A stretch of DNA of 57,648 bases from Peribolospora baueri (Eukaryota). This document shows, in pieces, positions 22,699 through 35,617 of the stretch. A model generated the notes under the pieces. It saw only the letters and a program-made list of their open reading frames with translations. It searched no databases and was not told the origin of the DNA. The position numbers and the translations under genes are program-made. The stretch is from positions 186,001-243,648 of the forward strand of contig JAMDHS010000026.1 of NCBI GenBank assembly GCA_029717555.1, given 5' to 3'. Within the stretch, counting starts at the first letter, position 1, and each line of letters opens with the position of its first letter.

Positions 22699-24006
22699 AT
22701 GCCCACACGAACTCCAGCGAACGCAGCAGCTGATCTGAGCGCTACTGGCACGCGCAACATGCCCGACCATTCCAATGGCGTATCATCCTCCCCCCCGTCC
22801 ACGTCCATGTCCAAACCGTCGGCATCGGCCTCCCATCATGGCGCATCCGCCTTCTCCTCCATTCCCGAGGCGGTCGAAGCGATAAAGCGTGGAGAGTTTG
22901 TTGTCGTGCTGGACGACGAGGATCGGGAGAACGAGGGGGATCTCATTTGCGCTGCCAGCGAGTGCTCCACTGAGATGATGGCTTGGATGATCAGACATAC
23001 CAGGTGTGCTTGGGGTTGTATGGAGACACCCCGTGCTGTTGTGGCCTTCAATGCCTTGGGCCCACCCTTTACTGACAATCTCCTTGGTTGCTCGCTTTCT
23101 TCCTCCATCTGGGGGCCCACCCACGCAGCGGTTATGTATGTATCTCCCTCCCCAAATCTCGGTTAGACGAACTTGAGATCCCCATGATGGTGCCCAACAA
23201 CACGGAGAAGCACCGCACGGCCTACACCATCACCGTCGATTACAAGCACGGTGCGTTCCGCCTGTTCCTCTTCCTTAAATCGTCCGCTGTGCGACAGATG
23301 ACAAGTCACATTCAGAGCAGGTATGCTCATTCGCACCCCAGTTCCAGGCTGACCCACTCTTCTCGATCTTCTTCCCGTTGCCTTGCTGGCCCCCGTCCAG
23401 GCACGACGACGGGCATCTCCGCCGCGGATCGCTCCTTGACGGCACGCAAGCTTGCCCCACCGCGAACCTCGACCTCGTCGGCTGGTCCGCCGGTGGAACG
23501 GGGACACGACGCGACGCTCGAATCGGCAGCCACTGCGGCCGACTTCACCAGGCCAGGTCATATGGTCCCGTTGAGGTACACGGACGGGGGGGTGCTGGAG
23601 AGGAAGGGGCACACGGAAGCCGCTGTCGGTGCGTGCGGGGCTCCATGCGGACCTCTTTGCTGCTCTTGCAATTCCACGCTCATGCCGTGCCCCTCCCTCA
23701 TTCCTGTCCCTTTCTTTACCCCCTCCCCCTCCCCTTCCCCTTCCCCTGACCCCAGATCTCTGCTTGCTCGCCTCCCTTCCCCCCGCGGGCCTCCTCTGCG
23801 AGCTCGTGACCCCCAACGATCCCCAAGGCCGCATCGCAGCGCGAGACCAGTGCTTTGGTTTCGCCAGAGAGCACGGCCTCAAGGTCATCACCATCGAGGC
23901 GCTCAGGAGGTACAGGCTCGACGAGGCGAGCTCCGGCCATGGAATCGTTGAGAGAGGATTGGAGATGGAGAAAAGGAGAGCGTCCGCGCACGCGAACGGA
24001 TTCTAA
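22699..24006 (+). CDS. RIB3: 3,4-dihydroxy-2-butanone 4-phosphate synthase (riboflavin biosynthesis)
   Basis: join(22699..23003,23129..23250,23401..23628,23756..24006). Motifs [48 protein letters not shown] and LCE. The start could be the downstream ATG at 22759. Confidence 0.96.
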
Positions 24007-24490
24007 GCGGGCAGAAGTCTAGTGTTGAGCACGTAGCTCGCTACTGGCCGAAGCGCTGGAATGGACTCGGACGATTCTCTTTCGCTGGTTTTCCACCCTG
24101 CCTCTGTTTCCTGTGGGCCTCTTTGCTCTTCGCTTTCCTTGTTTGCTTGCTCTCCCGCCCGCTCGCTCGCTCGCTCGTCATGCTCGTATGAGCTCGTCTC
24201 GCGTCTCCTGGTCGCGTTCCTCTTGGGTTCATTCCCATCGGCCCGCCTTTCCGGCTGTTTCTCATCATCTCTCCGCTCAATCCCCATGTGGGTCTTGTGC
24301 TCTCCGCCTCCGGCCCTTACTCTGTCTCACGCCAACCCGTAGAACATCAATTGTAGCAACGTCTACCCTCGCTTTATTGACTCCTTAACGAACGGGTGGA
24401 CGCAAGGGTTCTAGGATGCCTTTGAGCGGGCGACTTGACGTCGATTTGGACTTGTCACGACCACGAGAGAAGCGTAAGGCCGGAACTCTT

Positions 24491-25284
24491 TCATTGCTCG
24501 GCCATCGTCTTGAGCTGGACGACGGGTATTAAGAGCGAAACCCGAATGAGCAAAAAGCAACGGGCGCAGCGGTGACCCAGAGAAACAGATTCAGATCGTC
24601 CGTACGACACAGCACACCCACCTGGAGACCATGAATGCCCTTAATATCGTCCTTGAGCACCTCGTTTACGAGCCGGTGCTGCTTGATCGTCGTCAGGCCG
24701 GCGAACTTTTTGGAGACGATCGTAATCGCGTAAAAGTCGCCGCATCCGCCTTGTCCATGTTTGCGTTGGTTGGCGATGGCGAAGCCAAGGCACGAAATGT
24801 GCAATCGTTCGAGGAGGCCAGAAGAAAATAGAGGAGAGAGGAAGCGAAGCGTAGGTCCAAGAATGAGTTAGACGGTCATTGCGCGGCGGAACGATTTGCC
24901 TTACTCACCGCTAACGTCCATGACCTGCAGCTCACTGGGCTCGAATGCTTCGCTGAGCTTTTCAAATATGCGCCGTTCTCCCTCTCCTAAAGACTCGTGC
25001 GCTCCCACATTCGACTCTTTGGCCCTGAGCGAGGAGGAAGTGAAGGTACGAGTGGAAGACGAGAAGACAGGTGCCGCTCTCGCACCTGGTCGAACGAGGG
25101 CGAGGGCGAAGCGAGAGGAGGACGAGAAGAGTCGACTTCCGATGATAGCCCGATAACTAGAAGGTGTCGAACACACGGGAAAAGAAGAAAAGAAGGCCAC
25201 GGAGGTGGGAGCCATCCTGCGCGGGCGGAGTGAGCGGGCGGCAGCCGCGAGTCGCGGCGACGAAGCAGAGGCGGTGAAGAACAT
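24491..25284 (-). CDS. BOL3: Mitochondrial BolA3-type protein (Fe-S maturation; Bol3/Aim1)
   Basis: Three exons: presequence plus GERRIFEKLSEAFEPSELQVMDVS|GGCGDFYAITIVSKKFAGLTTIKQHRLVNEVLKDDIKGIHGLQ|LKTMAEQ. SGGCG is the BolA3 signature. Confidence 0.9.
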
Positions 25285-26835
25285 GATATAAGAACGAGAC
25301 GGCGGAGGCGATGTGGCACGAAGCGAACGACGGTGTCTGCCTGGCGTCACCGAAACACAGAATGTAGAATCGAGACTGGCACGAAGGAAGAACGAAGGAA
25401 GAAGTGGGCCTGGAGGGGGAGAGAGAGCCGAGCTTCGGGCCGCCGCAGTCGTTTCGGGGACGATGGGTGGACGACGCGCTAAAGACGTCTTCGATGTCAC
25501 ACAAGCAGGTCGGCGACAGGACACGCTTCATCTCGCCTCCCCTCCCAATGAACCTCTTCCATCTCCTGATGCATCTTGTCCGATGTGGGACTGCTGAACG
25601 GAATGCATTTCAAGCGATCGTCAACTTCTTCTTGTCGAGGCACTCGCAACGTACGGATCGCCCTGGGCCGACGACGCCCGACTTGCTGTGCGCGCTGAGA
25701 AAGCTGTGCGACAAGAATTTGATCGGTCATGTTGGACGCTGAATCGAGTTATGGGCATATTGGAAGCCGTCGAAGGCGGAAGCAGGATGGGCGGTGCTCA
25801 GAAAGAGTCACGCTTGGGAGCCATGACATGACTGCTCACGGCAAGATACCCGAACAACATGTACTCCTCCATGGACGCAACGCAAGGGGTGATTGGCATG
25901 TCTACAAGTGGCCGCGACGAACGTATTATACTGATACAGAGGCCCCTTATTCCAAGCAGGTAGAACCGGACAGCAGTCTACAGCGAGCGCTGCGTGTATT
26001 CGCCGAAGCGGGCTCTGGGACATTTTCCACCGACCTGTGGACCGAGACGGAGACAAAGGTCTCGCTCAGCTGGAGGGGGTGACGTCGAACTTGACTGCGG
26101 CAACGTTGGAGATAAGTGTGGGAGGGTAGTTGGGATACTCCGAGATGACGGCTTCAGCCGTACCGTTGACAGCGAAGACGATCAGTTCGTTCTCGCCGGC
26201 CGGGAAGACGGGCTTGCCAACGAGCCAGGCGCTCTGGAACTGGGCTTCCTTTCCTGCGCCGACGGAGGGGATGACAAGGCGCGGACTGTGGGTGACGCGC
26301 TACTTGGGCTCCGTGAGAGACGGTGACTTAACTACTCGGCAACGCGCAAGGCGCAGGTCCTAGCAGGCACTGCCCCGGTGTGGACAGAGGACATGGTCGG
26401 GGTGACTACTAACACACAGCAGCCGGGACGAGAGGCGCGGCATGCGCTGCTGGGCAGTCTGTAGTACCGAAGGACGACTTGGTGCTCTTCATTTAAACGT
26501 GATCGTAGCAGGCGGTGTCGGACAAAAGGTGACCGCAGCAAGCAGAGCTTGCCCCGACGGAGCGAGGTCAAGAACGGGTCCACCCGCTGGAAGGGACTCC
26601 ACCTGGAGGAAACGTACATACATACATCGCCGACGAGACGAGACGACAGAGTGAGCGGGACGAGTGCCCGCACCTGAATGGGGTATAAAATGTCAACCGC
26701 ACTGTACCCAGTATCTGCGGCCATAGGACCATGAAAGCACTGCATCCCGTCCGATCTGCAAAGTTAAGCATGGTACCGTTGAGTCAGTACTGCGGTGGGG
26801 GACCACGCGGGAATCCTCAATGCTGCAGTTCATTT

Positions 26836-26867
26836 ACTTTATTTTATTTTATTTTATTTTATTTTTT
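26836..26867. repeat. (TTTTA)n microsatellite
   Basis: Direct reading. It lies inside a putative minus-strand intron. Confidence 0.9.
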
Positions 26868-27124
26868 ACTTACTCGTCCGGCATTGTTCGTCGATTTTGG
26901 CACTGGTACCAAAGTCCTTTCTAATTCACTTGGTACGAGATTAAGTTAAACGACGGCGGGAGAAGGCTGACAAGCGAGCATGCCATCCATCCAGTGGCCC
27001 ATCTTTGGAGCCGGGGCTATGATACTGACCTTCTCAAAGCACAGCTTTGGCGTCACGTTTTACACCTCGTTTACCCACGAGCAATCCTCAAGAGGGCGTT
27101 AAGTACATGGGCAGTCAGCGACAT

Positions 27125-29386
27125 CTACCGACCGCGGGAAAGCCGGCTAGCTACTGCGCTTCCCAATACGCTCGCTCCCCATCCCACAACCTGTCTCGCG
27201 TGATCCAGACCTTCCATCCCTCGCGCTACAGTGTCCCAGAGGCCCGAACCAGAGGGAGGACTCGCGTCTGACGAAGACGCCGCGCTACCGGCGTGAGACG
27301 AAGGAGACGACGAGCCATCTGCACCTGCGACGCCCATGATGGCGCTCTTGACGCTCGGTAACTCGTTGATCACCTCCAAGCCCGTGCTCCGAGCCCAGAC
27401 CAGCGCGTCCCCTGCAGCTTTCTTCGCCAAGCCTTCCACGCCCACATCCGCTGCTCCCGCAGGATCAAAGCCGTCCGACCCACGCACGGAATACAGCTTG
27501 TGCAACTTGTCTGTCGCGCTCAACATGGTGTGATTGGCAAGGTATTGTTCTCGCTGATATGGAGCCAACACTGTGTGGCTTCCGAGATCGCCTCCCGACG
27601 CCGCACCGGCTTCCAGAGCGCGCGCAAGGGCGGCCACGTCCGCCAGGCCGAGGTTGAGACCTTGGCCGGCGAGAGGGTGGACCGTATGTGCGGCATCGCC
27701 TACGAGGACGGTACGGGGGCGGGCGGGCGGGGAGAGGATAGGTCGAGAACCTCCGGGGAGGAGTCGTAGGAGGGGAGAGAGCGGGGAGGAGGAGGAAGGC
27801 AGAAGCGAGGAGCCGATATATGCGTCTGCGTGGCTCATTTTCAAAGGAAACGACGCAAGCGTGCCCGCCTGCACCATACGGACCAGAGGAGGCAGGGTAC
27901 CGGTTTCTTCGTAGGGGAAAGCGTCGGAAAGGGCACCTTGGCTGGCGTTTTTCAATGCTGTGATCTCGTCAGAGACCCAGGCCCACGCATCTAATTCCCC
28001 GTTCCCCTCTGACGACGATTTTGATGCAGAAGCGCCAGCCCGAGCACTTTGCTCTTCAATCCGTTTGAAGAGGTAGTCGAGGTCATGCCAAGAAAGACGA
28101 AAGGCCGCGTTGATGAGGGACGCCACAGTCGAGGGTGATGCGGTGGACATGGCCTGAAGCGAGGCAGCCAGCGTTGGCGGGAGCGTCCAAACCATGGACG
28201 CATGAGTGGAAGAGAGCTGGAGGACATAACAAGGGTAATCAGCTTTATGAGCTTTCTCATCTCAAGGATCCGGAGAGTGAGCCGAGAAGAACAGCTTACC
28301 GGAAGGAAAGCTATTGGCCCTGTGGGCAAGAATCGCTGATAGGCTGTTCCTGGCTCCCTCGCACCCCAGCCGAGCTGCGTCGTTTCCGGCTGGAGCTCCA
28401 ACGTACCGACGGTCCCTCTCCTCCCATACTCCCACCCATACGACTCAATTCCAGCGTACTTGCGCACGGGCGACGATGGCCCGTCCGCTCCGATCAGTAA
28501 GCGGGCACGTATGGGACGCTGCACTTCGGATTGGTCGGCCGTTACGAGGTGGAGAAGAGCGAAAGGCGAATGCGATAGAGCTCGTCCAGAAGCAGCGTCC
28601 TCCACGTCAGAGACAAACACTTGATCAAACGGCTCGATGCGATGCGCCCTAGTAACGTCCCTGACTTCAACCCGGTCCTGACAGCTTTCAGCCAGAAAGC
28701 GAAGGAAGGCCTGACTGAGGTTCGAATTCTCCACCATCGTCGCCATCCGCCTTTCCTCCGGCCAGTCTCCAGCATCAGCAGCTGCGGAGCCCTTAGATCC
28801 GAGGACCCTGCTCCATTCCGTTCCCGAGCTTGGAGGGATGTCGGCAGAAGTGAAATGAATCAGAGCATCACTGAGACCGTCCCACACTCGCATCTGATGC
28901 ACCGGGCACGTTCGCTCCGCCTTGAGATGGGGCAAAACGCCGAGGCGACCCAAGAAGGAGATAGAAGACTCAGTCAACGAGGAGACGCGATTCTTGTAGC
29001 CTGCTGGACGACCCGAGGCGTCCGTCTCCGGTGACCATTTTCGCAGACGGGAGAGGTCACCGCCTTCGATTAGGGTGATGGTCGCTCCAGTTTCTGCAAG
29101 AGCGCGTGAAGAGCCTGTCCAAAGGATCCAAGACGTACTCTTCAGTAGGAGGTCAAAGCATGTAAGATAGATATGCGCATCACCGGCAATCCCAACCTCC
29201 CCACTCACCCAATGCAGACGCGAGAGCGAGCCCAACCGGCCCGCCGCCGACGATCACGATGTCTCGGTCCTCGTACTCTTCTCCATGTGAATTCCTGCTC
29301 ACGCTGCTTGCCAGACCACGGAAAGCGTACCGGCGCGAAGAAAGCTGTAAAAGAAGAGGACGGGGGGTAGAGACTCGAAGGAGCAT
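27125..29386 (-). CDS. COQ6: Ubiquinone biosynthesis FAD monooxygenase
   Basis: complement join(29386..29209,29114..28300,28216..27125). Motifs DIVIVGGGPVGL, NRVSSLT, LLIGADGPSSPVR, AYQRFLPTGPIAFLP and LVGDAAHTVHPLAGQGLNLGLAD. Confidence 0.95.
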
Positions 29387-29555
29387 ATCGTTAGACTCTC
29401 TCTCTCTCGAAGGTGTCCCTGAACTGGAGTTTAGGAGGATACGTTGACGAAGACCCCAAGTGATCGAAGATCCGGAGCGCCTGCCGCAGCACACGGATGA
29501 TGGCGACGACCGCCGTCGACGACCACCAACCATCACCATCAGCATAGCAACAAGG

Positions 29556-32228
29556 ATGGCAGCGCTGGCGAATATGGCGAGCGCTGCCAACCAGGCAAGT
29601 CCGGCTAGCCTGGTAGCTGAGCATTTGAGAGTGAGCACGTCCCGCCAACGTCATCAAGGATGCGTACAACCTGATCGCTCTCGAAAGGGATATATATGCT
29701 GAACTTGCCCTGCTTGCTCCTATTTCTGCTCTCCCACAGTCCCCGGATGACCTCACGAAGATTGCAGCACTGCGGAAAAAGCTTCAGAAGGAGCAGGCAT
29801 CTCTAGATGCCAAGCTTAAATCGGGTGCCAAAGATCAACTAGAGGCGACGCGCGATGGTCTGCTCAAGCTGCAGTCGACCAAGACAGACGTGGCGGCCGT
29901 GCGCGAGTCGTTTACGGAGATCGAGAAAGCCTGTGGAGATCCGAATAACAGGGTCAAGAGCTTTCGGAAGATTAGCCAGGTAAGTGGACCGTGACGTTTC
30001 TTGTCGGTCGTTTGTGACGAATTCCCTCATCGTGTGTCCGTTCCGTTTTGTATACGATGCGTTGGACGGTTACTGTAGGTTTCGCACATTCACCGCAAGT
30101 TCGTGCAAACTGCGAACATCCTCGACAAGCTTGCCGTACTTCCGGATCAGGTTGATGCCTTGTCTGACATGCTTATCGACGCCAAAGAAGACGTCACTGG
30201 ACCCGCGCCCAATCTCCTTCCGCTCCACTATCACATCCACCGCCTGGAGGCATTCCGCAATGAGACACTTCACCTCGCACGACGGTCTGCTACAGGCAAT
30301 GATGCGTACTCGACGCTGACAGACTATTTCAAGCCTCTCGATGCACTTGGAGCCGCGTTCAGCAAATATCTATGGGACCTGGCTCGCAACGTGCTCGATA
30401 TTGTACGAAACGGCCACCCGGAGGTGGTGGTCAAGTTGTGCAAGATCTGCGAAGTGGAAGGCAGGGAGGACGAGAAGGCGATTGCTATCCGACTCGTCAA
30501 GAAGGTCAACGCTGAGGCGGCCGCAAAATTCCGCTCCGTCGCGGCCAATGCGAGGGTCATCAAGCACTACCGGTCCAAGCTGCTGGAGAACATCCGTCAG
30601 AGTGTGGATGACCTGTTTAACGAGTGCTGGATGCGCTTTGGGGAGGGGAAGGCAGGCGCGACGGGCACAGGCGGTGAAGGGAATGCTCTCGCCTTCCTAG
30701 AGCACCTCCAGTGGCTGTACGATGACTTAGCGTTCGTTGAGGAGGCCGTCGCATCGCTCTTTCCTCCGGACTACAAGATTCACACGTTCTACGTCAAGGC
30801 GTACCATAAGGCTTTGTCGATAACACTGAAGGAGAAAGTGTTGGGTAACGAGAACACGGACGCGTCCGCGCTCTTGACCCTTTATCAGTTCGCGAAGGAC
30901 TACAGGAAGACTATGACCAAGGAACTTGGCATTCCCCAGGACCTACTGGAGCCGAGTCTGCTGGAAGGCAAGGAACAAGGAATCATAGACGACTACCTCA
31001 AGTTGATCGTGAAGAAGATAGACGAGTGGACGGACAATCTCATGGATGGCGAGGTGCGCGAGTTTGTCGCGCGGGAGAACCAGCCGGAAGAGGACAACGA
31101 AGGCCTATATGGTCTGCAGGGAGCGGTGATCATGTTCAAGATGGTCAACCAGCAAGTCGACCTCGCCGCCGACTCAGGGCAGGGTGCGGTGCTGAGCAGG
31201 GTGGTGGAGGAGGCGTGTAACGCGATGCGGCGAACACAGCAGACGTGGCTGCGCATTATCGACTCGGAGGTGCAAAAGCAGGCCGAGGCCAAATCGCCGG
31301 ATGACGTCGTTGGAGGCTTGGTCGAGTACGTGATAGCGTTGGCCAACGATCAGGTCAAGTCGGCCGATTATGCAGAGGCCCTTAGCAACCGTCTGGAACC
31401 GATCGTATCGGACAAGTACAAGGAGCCGATCGCCCAGGCCACCAACGCGGCCATGGACGGGTACCTGGATGTTGCGAAGCGATGCTCGACGGTGCTGATC
31501 GACATGGTGTTCAACGACCTTCGTCCCGCGCTCAAGGACCTTTTTGCCTTCCCGGCGTGGTACGGCGAGGGGAGTACGATGCACGTCGTCGTGGAGACCA
31601 TTCGTGACTACATGGTCGACTACTCTGAGCGTCTCAACCCCAACCTTTTCGAGGTGTTGTTGGAGGACATGCTGGACAGATTTCTCATCGCCTACCTCTC
31701 CGCGCTTAGGAAGACGTCGAAACTGAGGATGCCCGCAGCGGCGGAGCAGATGAGGGAGGACGTCAAGGAGAGCTTTGGGCTGTTCTCCCAGTTCAAGCAG
31801 CCGAAGGAGCTGGAGGAGAACTTTGAAGTAATCGAGCAGATGTGAGTGGGGCAAAACTAGTGAGAGACGACACTCACGAGTTTTCTCCGCAGCTTGCCCT
31901 GCCGTAGTGACCTACCATATACTACCACCATTGCTCATGTCCTTCTTGTCGTCTTCTCATCAGCCTCTCCTTACTGACAGCCTCGAAGTCGATGGTTTTT
32001 CTGGACTACTACGCTTTCGCGAAGAAGCACGGCCCTCAGCTTGGCTTTGTGGAAGGGCTAATGCGCGCTCGAGACGACCTTGACAAGTCGGACGTGTCGG
32101 CCATCATGTCGAGCATCAAGGCGAAGCAAGTCGAGGAGCCGGAGCAGCCTACCATTATGAGCAGGATCGGGGACAAGGCGTCTGGCTGGGCGGCTTTGGC
32201 TGGCGCGGCGGGATGGGGGCGCAGCTAG
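29556..32228 (+). CDS. SEC6: Exocyst complex component Sec6 (EXOC3)
   Basis: join(29556..29630,29740..29979,30079..31841,31964..32228). Motifs SPDDLTKIAALRKKL, PNLLPLHYHIHRLEAFRNET, FPPDYKIHTFYVKAYH and LVEYVIALANDQ. Confidence 0.93.
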
Positions 32229-32480
32229 TAAGTGAGACAATAAGGCGCATGGAGGCTGTCCGTGACTAGCGAGGGCTTCTGTGTATGTGGTTGTTGGGAT
32301 TTTTCGAGTCCTGTCCATGTATTACTATGCTTGCGAATCTCGTGAACGATGGATCGCGTATCCTATGGTCCGGGCAAAGGGAACAAGCCACGCGGAGCTG
32401 CGGCCGATCACTCGATCGCTCCAGCCTGCAGCTCGTCCACATCTTCTCTATCCCTTCCTTTTACAACCTCCGCCCTCAAC

Positions 32481-35088
32481 ATGGCGGCGGCAACGCCAGC
32501 GCCGGAGGATGCCGACTTTACGGCGAACATATATGACTTCCTGGAGCAGCTGCCTCAGCGCCAGTTGGGGAACTTGTACACAAAGCCCGCTACCTGTCTG
32601 GCTGTCTTTCGGTGAGTTAGTCGTCGCCGCTGGACCGAGCGGGACCTTGGCCTGGGCGCATAAGGGACAGAGAGGGAGTTGGAAGAGACAGAGTGGAACG
32701 GTGTATTAGAAGCTCTGGACAGGAGGAGAGGGGAGCATGCGCATCAGTGAAGAATTCTTGCCTATGGATGAATGACCCAATAGCTAACGATCTACGTGCC
32801 GTCTTTGCTTCCTTGAATAATCTATTCTCGCCTGTTCTTGCAAAGCAGATTACTCCCAGTTCTGTCCCGACAGACAGTGATGAACATGCTCTTTCTAGAC
32901 GGTGCAATTTCGAAGGCAGACTGTTTGGCTTGGCTGCGGAAGGAGGGACGAAAGTGAGCGAGCGACTTTTAACGGTCACGTAGCACGTCCAAGTGACATG
33001 CGGACGGAAAGGACGGCTTAACCTGTTCTATTTGATTGCACTGTCGATTCAACAAGGCAGTTTGAAGAGCTTCTCCCTCGTCTTGTCCGACTCTCCATCC
33101 TCTCCTTAGGGCCAAAAGAGACCTTGAATATGAACAGGCTTTTCAGGGAAGGACTGCGGAGGGCTTTGACGGGCGGGTGAGCTTGATGACATGCTCTCCT
33201 TTAATCAGCCTCCTTGGTAGGGTCGCCTGAGACCTGCTTTATGAAATGCTTGACTTTTTCTTTAAAATAGAGGGTCCCACCAGTCCTTCGGCGTTCCGAC
33301 AGATGATCCACGGCCTCTGGACGTAGCGTTCTTAGACGAATATGCGAAAACGCAGTGGGAGGTACGCGTTCATTGCTCTTCAGTCTTGTTTCACTTTGTA
33401 GAGTGGGCCCTTGTCCGATAACCCATCCATGTTTGCACAATGCAGGTCATCTTGCATTACATGGTTGGCTCGAATATGGAGCCCGCCGGAGAGGTGACCT
33501 TCCTTTTGGAGAAAAGCGGCCTTCTCATTAGACAGTTGTGAGTATTGTTTGTCAGGTGCTTTCGGTTCAGAAAGGATCTTTGAAGTAAGAGCAATAGCTG
33601 ACCGAATGCTCGTGTCAATCTGATTCCTCGAAGTACCGACGGACGAAGACACTCTATTACTTCTCGAGGCTTCCAGTTTCTGCTCGAGGACGTCAATACG
33701 CAGCTTTGGGATCTTCTCCTTCAGTATTTGGCTTTAGCAGAGGTTGGTTACCCTTCTTTTTGGCGAGGATGAGAAGAGCGCCCATCATTGATGTAGCTGG
33801 TCTTTGGGATTCTCCCAGGAGCGCGATATGGACGTTGTCGACGTGCTTGCCTTCTTGTTCCTATTGGGCAGCCTCGAACTTGGTAGAGTGTGTACGCCGT
33901 TCTGTCGTTCTCTACTTCTCTTCTTGGCCTGCTCAACAATATTTGTTGTTGGCTTGATAGGACTATTCCACAAGCGTCCTCTCGGAGACACAAGTGGCCA
34001 TGCTGCACGACTTCCGAAATTATGGTATCATATATCAGGAGGATGTGAGCATGGTCGAATGTCTCTTTCTATGGACGCTGTGTGCATCTACTGACCCCTT
34101 GACCATTTGCATACGTCACCGGTCTTGCACGTTCTCCAGGGCGATACTTCGCGCTTCTACCCCACGCGCCTCGCGACCACGCTCACTTCCAATGCCGCGC
34201 CGCTGGTCAGCGGACACGACGACGCCAGGGAAGAGAAGCACTTTTTGATTCTGGAGACGAACTACCGAGTGTACGCATACACATGTGCGTATTCCCAGAA
34301 TCCCGATATATGTTGGCCCTCTATCCTGAACACTTGTGATGTTTGCTTCCTCACCCCTTTCTTCGTGCGGCGCACGACCTTTGTTTTACAGCGGACGACT
34401 TGCGAATTGCCGTTTTGAACCTGTTTGTATCCATCAAGGTTCGCTTTCCCAATCTGGTCATCGGATCCATCACCCGAGAAAGCGTGAAAAGCGCTCTCGC
34501 AAAAGGCATAACTGCCTCGCAGGTGAGCGCTATCTGCTCATGAGGGCGCTGGTATGATGTACGTTGGTGTCTTGACATGGCGTGTGTTCCCTGGACAGAT
34601 GATACATTTCTTGCAAGCTCATGCACATCCACAGATGTACAGAAATGTGAGTCCGTATTCCTTCATCCATCTTCTAGGTTACGTGGGCCGAGCTTTGACC
34701 TCGTTATTGTCGTGTGTCTCTTCGGACATCCATTTTCTCAGAAACCTCTTCTTCCCGTCACGGTCACGGACCAAATTCGATTGTGGGAGAAAGAAAAGAA
34801 CCGTCTACAAGCTGACGAAGGTCAGCCATCCCATCCTTGTTCACCCGCATCAAACCGTTTCTGATTTCACCATATCACGTCTTTTCGGCCAATCTCATCT
34901 CCATGATTACAGGTTTTCTCTACCAATCCTTCGCACACCAAAGTGACTACGAGCTCTGTAGAGACTACGCGGCACAAGCGGGCGTGCTGGTGTGGAGCTC
35001 GGATGTGAAGAGATGCTTCTTCGTCTCCGAGGTTGGGAGGGAGATCGTTAGCGGGTTCATCCGGAGGAGATTGGAAGGGACGACGTGA
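32481..35088 (+). CDS. TFB2: TFIIH subunit Tfb2 (p52/GTF2H4)
   Basis: About 14 exons. Motifs [80 protein letters not shown] and [17 protein letters not shown]. Confidence 0.95.
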
Positions 35089-35617
35089 GCGGTTGGGATA
35101 GCCAGGGACTGGATCGGGCTGTGAGAGGCGTCAAGACTTGTATTCGTACCGGTCCGACGAACTATGATGGCCCGGCCGCCAACTGTAACGTATGTAATCT
35201 TAACCGGGTCATCATCCCTTTGCTGGTTCAAATCTTGAGCGAATGCTTCGCGTCCGTCCGTCCGTCCATCAATCCTTACCACTCTCATCTACACGCTTGT
35301 TCCTATTGCTCTTCGCTGACCTTCTCAGCCTGTTCTTCCTCCTCATGGGCCGGTTTCTCTTCGGGCTGCTGGTCGCCCCTTAGGTCTTGTGCTATAGCAC
35401 CTTCGACTGCCACCTTCCCCTCTGACCGCGCTCGAGAAAGACAGACAAACGCTTGGCTGGCGACGTCAGTTTGCAGAGACAATGGTACAAGCCGTTGCTG
35501 TTTGTGACTGAGTGGGGAAAAATGTACGATAATACAACGAAATTGGGAAGATAGCGCCGCGAAAACGTAAAGGGATTCGGGCCACACAAGGATCAAGGCG
35601 AAATGGTTGGCGGCAGG

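Noticed and set aside
23004..23128. Hairpins in RIB3 intron 1 as a riboswitch
   Set aside because: Short GC stems only, with no FMN or TPP aptamer core motifs.
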